A stretch of 51,901 bases of DNA. It comes from an uncultured Planctomycetales bacterium. GTDB taxonomy: Bacteria > Omnitrophota > Gorgyraeia > Gygaellales > Profunditerraquicolaceae. The stretch covers positions 1 to 51,901 of the forward strand of contig CAZQGT010000001.1 in the NCBI GenBank assembly GCA_964593005.1. The letters run 5' to 3'. Positions within the stretch are counted from its first letter, which is position 1. Every line of letters begins with the position of its first letter. Below, in pieces: positions 37,560 through 46,297 of this stretch. The notes beneath the pieces were generated by a model, which saw nothing but the letters and a program-made list of their open reading frames with translations, did not search any database and had not been told where the DNA came from. The position numbers and the translations under genes were made by a program.

Positions 37560-37589
37560 AGTTTTATTCATTAGGGAAGCTTATCCTGA

Positions 37590-39287
37590 ATGCCCAAGGT
37601 AGAAAGATTAAAAATTAGAAATAAAACTTTCCTTCAGAAACCCGGATTAAATTACCCCTTTTTTACTGCTACCGCATTATTCCTTTATTTTAGTTTATGT
37701 TTTCCTATTATATCTAATTTATGCGTTGCCGGAGCACAAGAATACCCGTTCAGCAGGGAAGAGGCATTGGAGGCCAGGCGCGAAGATGCGGCTATCAATA
37801 AAATATTGCTGCAACAAAAGCAGGATCAGAAGGCTGTAGCAGAAAAGGCGCTTGCCGAAGCCAATAAACAAATTGCTATTGATAACAAAACCCGGATTCA
37901 GCAAGAGGAAGCGCAAAAGATAATTAAGAAAAAGATGGCCGAGGCTGATAAGAAACAGGCCGCCCTGGATAAAAAAGCCCAGCTTCAAAAAGAGCGCGAA
38001 AAGGAGTTAGCTGATAAAAAAGCAGTTATTCAGCTTAAAGAACAGGCGATCCTGGATAGAAAAACCATAGTTCAACAGGAGTGCGAGAATAGCGCGGCTG
38101 ATAAAAAAACTGCCATTGAAATTAAGAAACAGGCAGACTTGAACAAAAAGGCCCAGCTTCAGCAGGAAAGTCAACAGGCGCTTATTGATGGCCGGAGAAA
38201 TTTTGACCAAACGCAAAAAGCTGCAATGGATAAGAAAATCCAGCTTCAGCAGGAACGTGAATTAAATCGTGTTGAAAAACAAGCATCCATAGAAAATAAA
38301 AAACAAGCTGCTTTAGATAAAAAAGCCCGCCTTCAGCAAGAGCGTGAAAAGAAGATAGCAGATAAGAAGGCAGCGGTTGAGTTTAAAAAACAGGCCGCCC
38401 TGGATAAAAAAGCCCAGTTTCAGAAAGAGCGTGAAGAAAAGCTTGCTAAGCAGCTTCAGGAGCGCCAGCAGAAAATTGCCGATCAAAAGGCAATAGCAGA
38501 AAAGAAAAAACAAGCTGCTTTAGATAAGAAAACCAGCCTTCAGCAGGAGCTTCAGCAAAAAATTGCCGACCAAAAGGCGATCCAGGATAAAAGGCGGCAA
38601 GGGTTGAATGTTGATGGCCAGCTTGAAGAAAGCCGAAAGCTGGAAGCAGCCGACCAAAAGGCGATAGCCGAGCAGAAAAAGTTATCCGCTTTAGATAAAA
38701 AAACCCGCCTCCAGCAGGAGCGCCAGCAGAAAATTGCCGATCAGAATGCCCTGAGAGATTTTAAGAAGCAAGCCGCCCTGGATAAAAAAGCCCAGCTTCA
38801 GAAAGAGCGTGAAGAAAAGCTTGCTAAACAGCAGCAAGATCGCCAGCATATGATTGCTGAGCAAAAAGAAGCCGCCGAATCAAAGAAGAGGATAGCTTTA
38901 GACAGGAAAATTAAGCAGCTTCAGGAGCGCCAGCAGAAAATTGCCGACCAGAAGGCCTTAGCCGAGCAGAAAAAGCTATCCGCCTTAGAGAAAAATTCCC
39001 AGCTTCAAAAAGAGCGCCAGCAATATATTGCCGATCAAAAAGCGCTTGTCCAAGTTAAGAGGCAAGCCAGTTTAGAGAGGGAAGCCCTGATTCAAAAAGA
39101 GCGTGAGCAAAGAATTATTAAAGAGCGCCAAGAAACTGAAAAGAAAATAGCCGACCAAAAAGCAGCTGAAGAAGCCAGGGAAAAGATTGCCTTATTTAAA
39201 AAGGTCCAGCTTCAACAAGCTCGCGCGCAAAGAATAGTAGAACAAAAAGCAGCCGAGGAAACCGGGCAAAAATTTGCCGCTGAATAA
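37590..39287 (+). CDS. Membrane-anchored Lys/Gln/Glu/Ala-rich tandem-repeat protein (TolA-domain-II-like or ER/K-type long helix)
   Basis: N-terminal hydrophobic anchor or signal (FFTATALFLYFSLCFPIISNLCVAGA), then about 450 aa of roughly 29-aa repeats (KKQAALDKKAQLQKEREEKLADQKAxAE...). No recognisable globular C-terminal domain. Confidence 0.75.
   Translation: MPKVERLKIRNKTFLQKPGLNYPFFTATALFLYFSLCFPIISNLCVAGAQEYPFSREEALEARREDAAINKILLQQKQDQKAVAEKALAEANKQIAIDNKTRIQQEEAQKIIKKKMAEADKKQAALDKKAQLQKEREKELADKKAVIQLKEQAILDRKTIVQQECENSAADKKTAIEIKKQADLNKKAQLQQESQQALIDGRRNFDQTQKAAMDKKIQLQQERELNRVEKQASIENKKQAALDKKARLQQEREKKIADKKAAVEFKKQAALDKKAQFQKEREEKLAKQLQERQQKIADQKAIAEKKKQAALDKKTSLQQELQQKIADQKAIQDKRRQGLNVDGQLEESRKLEAADQKAIAEQKKLSALDKKTRLQQERQQKIADQNALRDFKKQAALDKKAQLQKEREEKLAKQQQDRQHMIAEQKEAAESKKRIALDRKIKQLQERQQKIADQKALAEQKKLSALEKNSQLQKERQQYIADQKALVQVKRQASLEREALIQKEREQRIIKERQETEKKIADQKAAEEAREKIALFKKVQLQQARAQRIVEQKAAEETGQKFAAE
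37941..39255 (+). repeat. In-frame tandem repeats of roughly 87 bp, with higher-order 378-bp near-identity
   Basis: GCCGCCCTGGATAAAAAAGCCCAG[T/C]TTCAGAAAGAGCGTGAAGAAAAGCTTGCTAA[G/A]CAGC occurs at 38394 and 38772. CAGGAGCGCCAGCAGAAAATTGCCGA recurs at about 38458, 38716 and 38921. Confidence 0.8.
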
Positions 39288-39335
39288 AATAAACCGAACA
39301 TATTATTATCTGTAATTAAATCGTTTGAATGTTTT

Positions 39336-41129
39336 ATGAATAACGATAAGAATGTTATTTACAATAAGTACGTATATTTTTTAATAGGCGCTATCACTGT
39401 TTTTTATTTAATAAATAATTACATTTGGTTAAGCTTAAATGCTTATCCTCATGGTCCGGATGAATTTTCCCATCTACTTATCGCTCAAAACTTCTTTAAT
39501 GGCATTGTTTCAGCTCGGGCAGAATTTCTGGCCGAATATTTTAGATTAAGTTTAAATTCAATCTGGCCGCCGCTGTTCCATTTTACCTCTGCTGTTTTAT
39601 GTTGTTTGACAGGTTTTTCCAGTGTTTCCCCTTTGATAATAAACCTTATTTATTTAGTGATATTGTTATTTTCTGTTTATTCTATAGGGTATAAGCTTTA
39701 TAACAAGCAAGTCGGTATTTTAGCTATCATGCTTTTATCCTTGTATCCTATGGTTTTTAGATATTCCAGATTCTTTGGCCTCGATTTCCCTCAGATCTCC
39801 GTGCTCTGCCTGAGTATTTATTTTTTGATTTGTACAGAGTTTTTCTTAAGTAAGAAGTTCTCTATATTATTCGGCATTTCCCTTGGCGCAGGTTTGCTTA
39901 TAAAATCAGCTTTTATATTATTTTTGGCTGGGCCATTGGTTTGTATAATACTGCAATCTGTTTTTTTAAAGGGGCAAAAAAGCAAGTATCTGTATGCCAG
40001 GGCGGTTAATTTATTTCTTTCATTAGCGGTTGGGGCATTTATATCCTTAAGTTGGTATTTGCCTAGCTATTCCGCAACGCTCATAAGATTAAAAACCTTT
40101 TTTCGTACCTTCGCACACCATCCTTCTGTTGGTCAAGCTATAGACAAGACTTCTGCCGTATTTAGGATTGACAAATTTTTTGACTATTTGCGTATTTTAG
40201 TTAATGAACAGATATCTTTCTTATTCTTTATAATTTTGATTTTAGCGTTATTTTTCTTCCTCAAGAAACGTTCCTACAAGCTGTTTCTTGTTTGTTGGTA
40301 TGTTGTTCCATATATGATGCTTTCCCTGTCTTTTCAAAAAGAAGGGCGTTTTATGCTTTCTGCATTGCCGGCAATAGCCCTAATTTCAGCAGCAGGTTTA
40401 CAAGAATTGTTTTCTTATAGATTTAGTTCTCGTTTAAAACACCCTTTTTTTATATTAATAATTTTTCTTGGTTTAATGCAATTTTTTGATGTTTCATATA
40501 ACTATGACCGTAAAGATAAAACATTTCCCTTCAGGACCCCTGTAGGCCTTATGCACGTATTCTGTTGTTCAGCTACCGAGCAAAATGGCTGGGAGCTTTA
40601 TGGCCCTCCGTTTAAGAAGGATTGGAAAATAGACAAGATAGCTGTTTCTATAATTCAAGACTCCCGCGATAAATTTAAGCCTGGGCCTGTTTTAGTGGGG
40701 TTAATCGGCGAGGATGCTTATGTTAAGCGGGTATTTGATTTTCCAAATGTTTTGAATTATTACCTTGTACGGCAGGCTCCCGGGCAGGCTTTTGCAGTTG
40801 TAAATTTTTTGCCTACTCCGAGGCAAGGCGACCGGATTTTTGTTGAGGATCTGGATTCTCTGAATTACGTTGTTTTTATTTCAGGTGTTAAAAGTTGGCC
40901 TGAATTTAACGATTTTTGGCCGGCCTTAAATAAATTTAAGGCTAGGGCAAAGTCTCTGAATAAACTATACAAGGATTTGTATGGTATTGAAAAACCGTAT
41001 GATTTCAAAGATGCGGCCGGCAAATTGAGCAGATTTTTAGTTGAAAAAGATCAGCGTTTTTCATTATTTGACAAGATTAAATTGCCCGACGGTTATTATG
41101 CATATATTTATGCGCGGTTGGGGGATTAG
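39336..41129 (+). CDS. GT39-type (ArnT/PMT_2-like) GT-C membrane glycosyltransferase
   Basis: 597 aa. YPHGPDEFSHLLIAQ (first-loop acidic motif) and LIYLVILLFSVYSIGYKLYNKQVGILAIMLLSLYPMVFRYSRF. Multi-pass, with a C-terminal soluble domain. Confidence 0.65.
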   Translation: MNNDKNVIYNKYVYFLIGAITVFYLINNYIWLSLNAYPHGPDEFSHLLIAQNFFNGIVSARAEFLAEYFRLSLNSIWPPLFHFTSAVLCCLTGFSSVSPLIINLIYLVILLFSVYSIGYKLYNKQVGILAIMLLSLYPMVFRYSRFFGLDFPQISVLCLSIYFLICTEFFLSKKFSILFGISLGAGLLIKSAFILFLAGPLVCIILQSVFLKGQKSKYLYARAVNLFLSLAVGAFISLSWYLPSYSATLIRLKTFFRTFAHHPSVGQAIDKTSAVFRIDKFFDYLRILVNEQISFLFFIILILALFFFLKKRSYKLFLVCWYVVPYMMLSLSFQKEGRFMLSALPAIALISAAGLQELFSYRFSSRLKHPFFILIIFLGLMQFFDVSYNYDRKDKTFPFRTPVGLMHVFCCSATEQNGWELYGPPFKKDWKIDKIAVSIIQDSRDKFKPGPVLVGLIGEDAYVKRVFDFPNVLNYYLVRQAPGQAFAVVNFLPTPRQGDRIFVEDLDSLNYVVFISGVKSWPEFNDFWPALNKFKARAKSLNKLYKDLYGIEKPYDFKDAAGKLSRFLVEKDQRFSLFDKIKLPDGYYAYIYARLGD

Positions 41130-41162
41130 TTTAATGTATATAATATTAGGTAACTTTAGACG

Positions 41163-42023
41163 ATGCGCAATAGGTTAAAATCCAAGATAGCATATTTGTA
41201 TGTTTTTTTTATCGCAATGGCTTTATTGCATGGTGTTAGGTTAATAAGAAAGGCCTGTGATTACAGGGAGGCTGACCCCGGCTATGCCAAAAAAGAAGTA
41301 GTTTTAGAGAATGGCGCGTTAAGGCTGGTTTTTAGTAATGGTTATATCACTGCACATTGTGGTCAGCTGCAGTTTACTGAAAATAGCGGAGTGGCCTGTT
41401 TTTTTTCCGTAAAGGGCATACCTTATGCCAGTTTCAAAGGAGTATGGGAAATAGAGAAAATTAGCCAGGTTGAATTATCCGCTGCCTCTGAATGGCCCGG
41501 CCTTCCCATTAAGCAGAATTGGCATTTTTCACTTAAAGACGGTAAAATCAGCTGGCAGGTTAATTTGGAAAGCAGTGAAGATATAGTTATAAACCACATA
41601 GGACTGGTTTTTTCTTTTAAGGATATTTACCGGAAATGGGCCAGCTTTTACGAGCACGGAGAAATGCCGGTATTAGATGTCCTGCAGCAGAAGCAAAATA
41701 TTAACTCTCAGTTTGCTTTAAATCCATTAGGTTTGGTTGCCAATGGTAAAGAAAAGAAATATTTTTCTGCTATAGGGTTAAATTTTAAAGAGGATGTATT
41801 TTTAAAGGAAGTCTTGCTGTCCAGCCGCAGGGATATGTTTTCCAAGGCCATGTTTTCATGTGTATCTATCGGCGGGGAAGAGGCGCTTAAAATACATAAG
41901 AATGAAAAAATTATTTTGTCTTCAGGGGAAGCCTGCATATTTAATAAGCAAAAAGAATTATCAGAATATTTTATAGAGGTAAAAACAGATGAGGAACAAT
42001 TGTCCGCTAGAAGTATTATTTAA
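41163..42023 (+). CDS. Hypothetical protein with an N-terminal membrane anchor
   Basis: 286 aa. IAYLYVFFIAMALLHGV anchor. No family recognised. Confidence 0.55.
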   Translation: MRNRLKSKIAYLYVFFIAMALLHGVRLIRKACDYREADPGYAKKEVVLENGALRLVFSNGYITAHCGQLQFTENSGVACFFSVKGIPYASFKGVWEIEKISQVELSAASEWPGLPIKQNWHFSLKDGKISWQVNLESSEDIVINHIGLVFSFKDIYRKWASFYEHGEMPVLDVLQQKQNINSQFALNPLGLVANGKEKKYFSAIGLNFKEDVFLKEVLLSSRRDMFSKAMFSCVSIGGEEALKIHKNEKIILSSGEACIFNKQKELSEYFIEVKTDEEQLSARSII

Positions 42024-42037
42024 CTTTCTTTTAGGAA

Positions 42038-42970
42038 ATGTTTAGAAAGCAGACTTTTTGCCCAAAATTATGGAATGAGATTTTTATTAATAAAGATGGC
42101 GGAGTTTTCTCCTGTTGCCATAAAAAACCAAGAATAATTGGGAGTATTTATCAGGAGGGGCTGGACGTTCTTTGCAATAACCAGGTTATACAAAACTTGC
42201 GCCGGGAGTCATTGTCCGGTAAATTAAGTTGTTATGGCGGCTGCAGTTTGTTGCCGAAAGACAAGAGCTTTTCTTTGAAAACCAGCAGTGAAATTGGATA
42301 TAAAGACCTAAGGAGGTTAAAAATATCCTTTGGAGATATGTGCAATATCAGCTGTGTAATGTGCCATCGCAGCAATATAGATACGGAGTCTTTAGATTTT
42401 GATAAGGTAAAAGAGCAGGTAGATCTTAGTCCGTTTAACAGTATAGAAATCCAGGGAGGGGAACCGCTTTTTATTGAGGCGGCAAGAAAGTTTTTCGATT
42501 ATGCTTCTTCCATGGATAAAAAGGTATCGTTTTTAACTAACGGGCTGTTGATTGATGATGAGTGGTCTAGAAAGATCGCATTGCACTCCGCGTTTATCTA
42601 TTTTTCATTGAATGCGGCTACCAAAGAAACACACGAGTCTATTAACAGGGGCTCTAAATGGGAATTGGTGCTTGAGAATATCCAGAGGGTGCGCAGAGCC
42701 CGAAGCGCATTAAATACTCCGGTTAAGATTATGGGCCATATGACTATAATTCCCAGAAACCTGGCAGAGATAGCTTTATTTATCAGGATGTTCCAGGAAT
42801 TTGGGTTTGATTCAATAAACTTTGGTTACGATATCCGGGTTCCCTTGTACTTAAAGCTCCATCCTTCTAAGAAAAAAGAGATTAGTTTAGAGATAAGGGA
42901 AGCCCTGAGAAATTCCCGGGTTTTGCCTTTAGTGGATAGCTACCGGTTAAAATTGCTGGGCTTAATTTGA
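42038..42970 (+). CDS. Radical SAM enzyme with an N-terminal Cys-rich SPASM-like segment
   Basis: CNISCVMC cluster motif at about residue 102. It is preceded by FCPKLWNEIFINKDGGVFSCC ... CYGGC, which resembles the SPASM/twitch C...DG.V..C pattern but sits N-terminal to the core. Confidence 0.75.
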   Translation: MFRKQTFCPKLWNEIFINKDGGVFSCCHKKPRIIGSIYQEGLDVLCNNQVIQNLRRESLSGKLSCYGGCSLLPKDKSFSLKTSSEIGYKDLRRLKISFGDMCNISCVMCHRSNIDTESLDFDKVKEQVDLSPFNSIEIQGGEPLFIEAARKFFDYASSMDKKVSFLTNGLLIDDEWSRKIALHSAFIYFSLNAATKETHESINRGSKWELVLENIQRVRRARSALNTPVKIMGHMTIIPRNLAEIALFIRMFQEFGFDSINFGYDIRVPLYLKLHPSKKKEISLEIREALRNSRVLPLVDSYRLKLLGLI

Positions 42971-42983
42971 TTATGGGAAATCT

Positions 42984-43754
42984 ATGAAGACCGTTTGTCG
43001 TAAATACATAAATATTCTGCGTGAATTTACCCTTTTTGTTTTTAAATCCAGGGAACAGGGTACTCTCCTCGGGTTTGTCTGGACGCTATTGCACCCGCTG
43101 CTGATGTTAATAATCCTGTATATGCTTTTTTCCAAGAGGCTGGGGAAGGGGATTGAGCATTATGAGATTTATCTTTTGATCGGAATAATTCAGTGGAATT
43201 TTCTGAGCACGGGTACTCATGAGGGGCTGAAAAGCATTATGAAAAACCGTTCAATTTTACGCAATATGTATATTCCCAGGACGGCAATTGTTGTCAGTTC
43301 AGTTTTAGCGGTATTCATTTCTTTTCTTATAGAGTTATTAATTTTGGGAGGCTTTATCATATTCTCCGGCTTAGGTTTTTCCCCGGTCTTATTATTATTG
43401 CCGTTTGTGGCTTTAATTCAGCTGATTTTGGTAATAAGCATATCTTTGGTGCTTGCCTGTTTGAATGTCTACTTTAAAGATACGGGTTATATCTGGAATA
43501 TTATACTCAAGATTGGTTTCTTTATAACTCCGGTGTTTTATTCTATTCCTATGTTTATTTCTAAAGCAAAGATGACCGTATATTTTCTCAATCCTATGAC
43601 TCAGCTTATGATATTTATGCGCCAGATTATAATATTCAAAACTTTGCCTTCCTTATTGAATATGTTGGTTGTTTTCCTTGCAGTTTTAATTTTTTTAGCA
43701 GCATGCTATTCAGTTTTTAAGAAACTGGAAGACGGGATTGTAGAAAGGCTTTAA
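42984..43754 (+). CDS. ABC-2 type polysaccharide/polyol-phosphate exporter permease (Wzm/TagG-like)
   Basis: 256 aa with six hydrophobic helices. The N-terminal FKSREQGTLLGFVWTLLHPLLMLIILYMLFS pattern is typical of ABC-2 permeases. It is directly followed by its ATPase. Confidence 0.8.
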   Translation: MKTVCRKYINILREFTLFVFKSREQGTLLGFVWTLLHPLLMLIILYMLFSKRLGKGIEHYEIYLLIGIIQWNFLSTGTHEGLKSIMKNRSILRNMYIPRTAIVVSSVLAVFISFLIELLILGGFIIFSGLGFSPVLLLLPFVALIQLILVISISLVLACLNVYFKDTGYIWNIILKIGFFITPVFYSIPMFISKAKMTVYFLNPMTQLMIFMRQIIIFKTLPSLLNMLVVFLAVLIFLAACYSVFKKLEDGIVERL

Positions 43755-43762
43755 CCAGATTG

Positions 43763-44494
43763 ATGATTAAATTATCCCAGGTATCTAAACAGTTTGTAAT
43801 CCACCCCCGAAGAAGTTTACTTGCTTCTCTCAGGGGTTTTAGCAGGGGGGTAAATAACCTGCCTGTGCATCAAACTATATGCGCTTTGGATAAAGTCAGC
43901 CTTTCTATTAAGAAAGGGCAGACCCTGGGGGTTATTGGTCCTAATGGTTCAGGTAAAAGCACCTTATTAAGGATAGTCGCCGGAATATATAAACCTACTT
44001 CCGGGGTTTATAAGATTGAGGGAGAGGTTGCCTCTGTTTTGCAGACGAGCATTAATCTTTTTCCGGAGATTTCTATTAAAGAAAATATATTTTTGTTCGG
44101 GGCAATAATGGGTTTGGAGAGAGGGGATATCTTTAAGAAGTATAAAGAAATAATCGCCTTCGCCGGATTAGATGAGTATGTTGATGCTGAAGCAAGAATT
44201 CTTTCAGAGGGGATGAAGGAGCGTTTGGCTTTCAGCATTGGCATGCAGACATGCAAAGACATTTTGTTGTTAGATGAGGTGATATTAGCCGGAGATAGTA
44301 AATTCCGAAAGAGGTGTTTTGAGGTGATGATGAGGTTTAAGAAAGAGCAGAAAACAATCGTATTGGCATCCCACGACTTAAAAATAGTAAATGAGCTTTG
44401 CGACGAAGCCCTTTTGTTGAACAGGGGGAGAGTTTTGGCTTTTGGTAAAACTAAAGAAGTCGTAGACAGTTATTTAAAATTATTGGAGAAATGA
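43763..44494 (+). CDS. ABC exporter ATP-binding protein (Wzt/TagH-like, short form)
   Basis: Walker A GPNGSGKST, signature LSEGMKERLAFS, Walker B ILLLDE. No C-terminal carbohydrate-binding extension. Confidence 0.9.
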   Translation: MIKLSQVSKQFVIHPRRSLLASLRGFSRGVNNLPVHQTICALDKVSLSIKKGQTLGVIGPNGSGKSTLLRIVAGIYKPTSGVYKIEGEVASVLQTSINLFPEISIKENIFLFGAIMGLERGDIFKKYKEIIAFAGLDEYVDAEARILSEGMKERLAFSIGMQTCKDILLLDEVILAGDSKFRKRCFEVMMRFKKEQKTIVLASHDLKIVNELCDEALLLNRGRVLAFGKTKEVVDSYLKLLEK

Positions 44495-45450
44495 TAGTAC
44501 GGCAAGAGAGTTTGTATGCGCTATGGGATATAACCCGCGAATGCAATTTTAATTGCAGTTATTGCTGCTCTCCCAGGAAGAATTCCCGCTTTGCCAGGAT
44601 ATCCGGACGCAGGTTATCTGAAGCGCTTGGAGAAAACGGGAAAAACTGGACCATCCATATTTCAGGAGGAGAGCCTTTTTTATACCCGGGATTTATTGAG
44701 ATATGCAGGGAATTGACAAAAGAATTTCAGATTAAGGTTAATTCTAATTTAAGCCTTAATTCAGAGGTGGTTGAGTTTTCCAACTCTATAAATCCTTCCA
44801 GGGTCGAATTGATTGAGACAAGCTTGCATATAGAAGAAAGGGAGCGGCTGGGTAACCTTGAAGATTTTATCAGAAATGTTTTATCATTGAAGAGCAGGGG
44901 GTTTAAGGTTGGGGTAAAGGCTGTGTTGCATCCTGCGCTTATAGAAAGGTTCCAGGGGGATCGTCAATACCTGGAGTCAAGAGGGGTTAAGCTGTTTCCA
45001 AAGCCATTTAAAGGAAGTTATTCAGGGAAAATATACCCAAAAGCTTATCCCGCCCAGATAAAAGAATTCTTGTTGAGCAATACCCCTGGTAACCCATTTT
45101 ACCCATTTTGTTTTAAAGGCATTAATTGCAGGGCCGGAAAAACATTTATACGCATTAATTTAGACGGAGTAGTTACCCGTTGCTTAGATGATTCGGCTGT
45201 ATTGGGCAATATTAATGATGGTTTCAGATTAAAAGACGCGCCTGCGCCTTGCAGGTCTTACCGCTGCAGTTGTTTTGGGTACGATTTAATTACAAGAAAA
45301 CCTTTTGGTAAATCTGAGTCCAATTATAATTTATTCTGCCATTTTTTATCCAATTTGAAATATATGAGCATAAGAAGATTTCTATCCCGCACTTTCCCTT
45401 TTATACGTAGAAAAGAGGATAACCTAGAAAAACCTTATGAACCCCGTTGA
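44491..45450 (+). CDS. Radical SAM enzyme with a C-terminal SPASM/twitch-like Cys motif
   Basis: CNFNCSYC near the N-terminus; the C-terminus reads CRAGKTFIRINLDGVVTRC ... PCRSYRCSC. Confidence 0.8.
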   Translation: MIVRQESLYALWDITRECNFNCSYCCSPRKNSRFARISGRRLSEALGENGKNWTIHISGGEPFLYPGFIEICRELTKEFQIKVNSNLSLNSEVVEFSNSINPSRVELIETSLHIEERERLGNLEDFIRNVLSLKSRGFKVGVKAVLHPALIERFQGDRQYLESRGVKLFPKPFKGSYSGKIYPKAYPAQIKEFLLSNTPGNPFYPFCFKGINCRAGKTFIRINLDGVVTRCLDDSAVLGNINDGFRLKDAPAPCRSYRCSCFGYDLITRKPFGKSESNYNLFCHFLSNLKYMSIRRFLSRTFPFIRRKEDNLEKPYEPR

Positions 45451-46297
45451 TTTCAGCGTTATTGTGCCCTTTCTTAATAAAGAAGATACCATTGAAGCTT
45501 GTATTAAGGGCCTTTTGGATCAGGATTATCCCAAAGACAGGTATGAAATTATCTGCATAGATAATAACTCAATTGATAACTCCAGCCCGGTTGTTCATAA
45601 ATATCCGTCGGTTATATTAATCCAGGAAAGAGAGCAGGGGGCTTATATAGCAAGAAACTCCGGGGTATTGAAATCCAGGGGGGATTTTCTTGTTTTTTCC
45701 GATGCCGATGTAAAAGCCCCGAGAAATTGGTTGAGCAATATAAAGCTTGCTGTTGACAAGGGAGGGTTTGATATACTGCTTGGCTGGTATTTGCCTGCTG
45801 GTTCTGCCCGGCTGCTTAAAATTCACAGCCTTCTTGTCTGCGCAAGGCTGAAAATTGCCGTTGATAGCAAGCAGCCGGATATGATTACAGCCAGTGCCTC
45901 TAACCTGGTTATCCGCAGGAGGGTATTTGAAAAAGAGGGCCTTTTTATGAGGTTGCCGCGCAGCGAAGATAAATATTTTGTTTTACGGTGTTTTGAAAAA
46001 GGGTACAACATTGGTTTTGACGCAGGCATTAATGTATTAAGAAATGATATCACTTGTTTAGGTGTGGCCTTGCTGAAAAATTTTACTTATGGTTACGCTA
46101 ATGCATTGTACATAGACCGTCCGCTGCCTCTTGTTGAAGGGATTATCTGGGAATTCATAATCAAATATTTCCCGGTAGGGCCAGGTTTATTATTATTTCC
46201 ATTTTTTTATTATACGGGATATTGTTGCGGCCGGATCAGGCGCATATATGAGATTGCCTTGAAGAAAATAGCTCACAGGCCAAAGCCCGGCGAATGA
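45437..46297 (+). CDS. GT2 family glycosyltransferase
   Basis: FSVIVPFLNKEDTI, IICIDNNSIDNS, VFSDADVKAP. Confidence 0.85.
   Translation: MNPVDFSVIVPFLNKEDTIEACIKGLLDQDYPKDRYEIICIDNNSIDNSSPVVHKYPSVILIQEREQGAYIARNSGVLKSRGDFLVFSDADVKAPRNWLSNIKLAVDKGGFDILLGWYLPAGSARLLKIHSLLVCARLKIAVDSKQPDMITASASNLVIRRRVFEKEGLFMRLPRSEDKYFVLRCFEKGYNIGFDAGINVLRNDITCLGVALLKNFTYGYANALYIDRPLPLVEGIIWEFIIKYFPVGPGLLLFPFFYYTGYCCGRIRRIYEIALKKIAHRPKPGE

Noticed and set aside
37941-39255. Regularly spaced DNA repeats that could be mistaken for a CRISPR array
   Set aside because: The repeats are in frame within one long ORF, degenerate, contiguous (no unique spacers of constant length) and encode a periodic charged protein. 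There are no cas genes.
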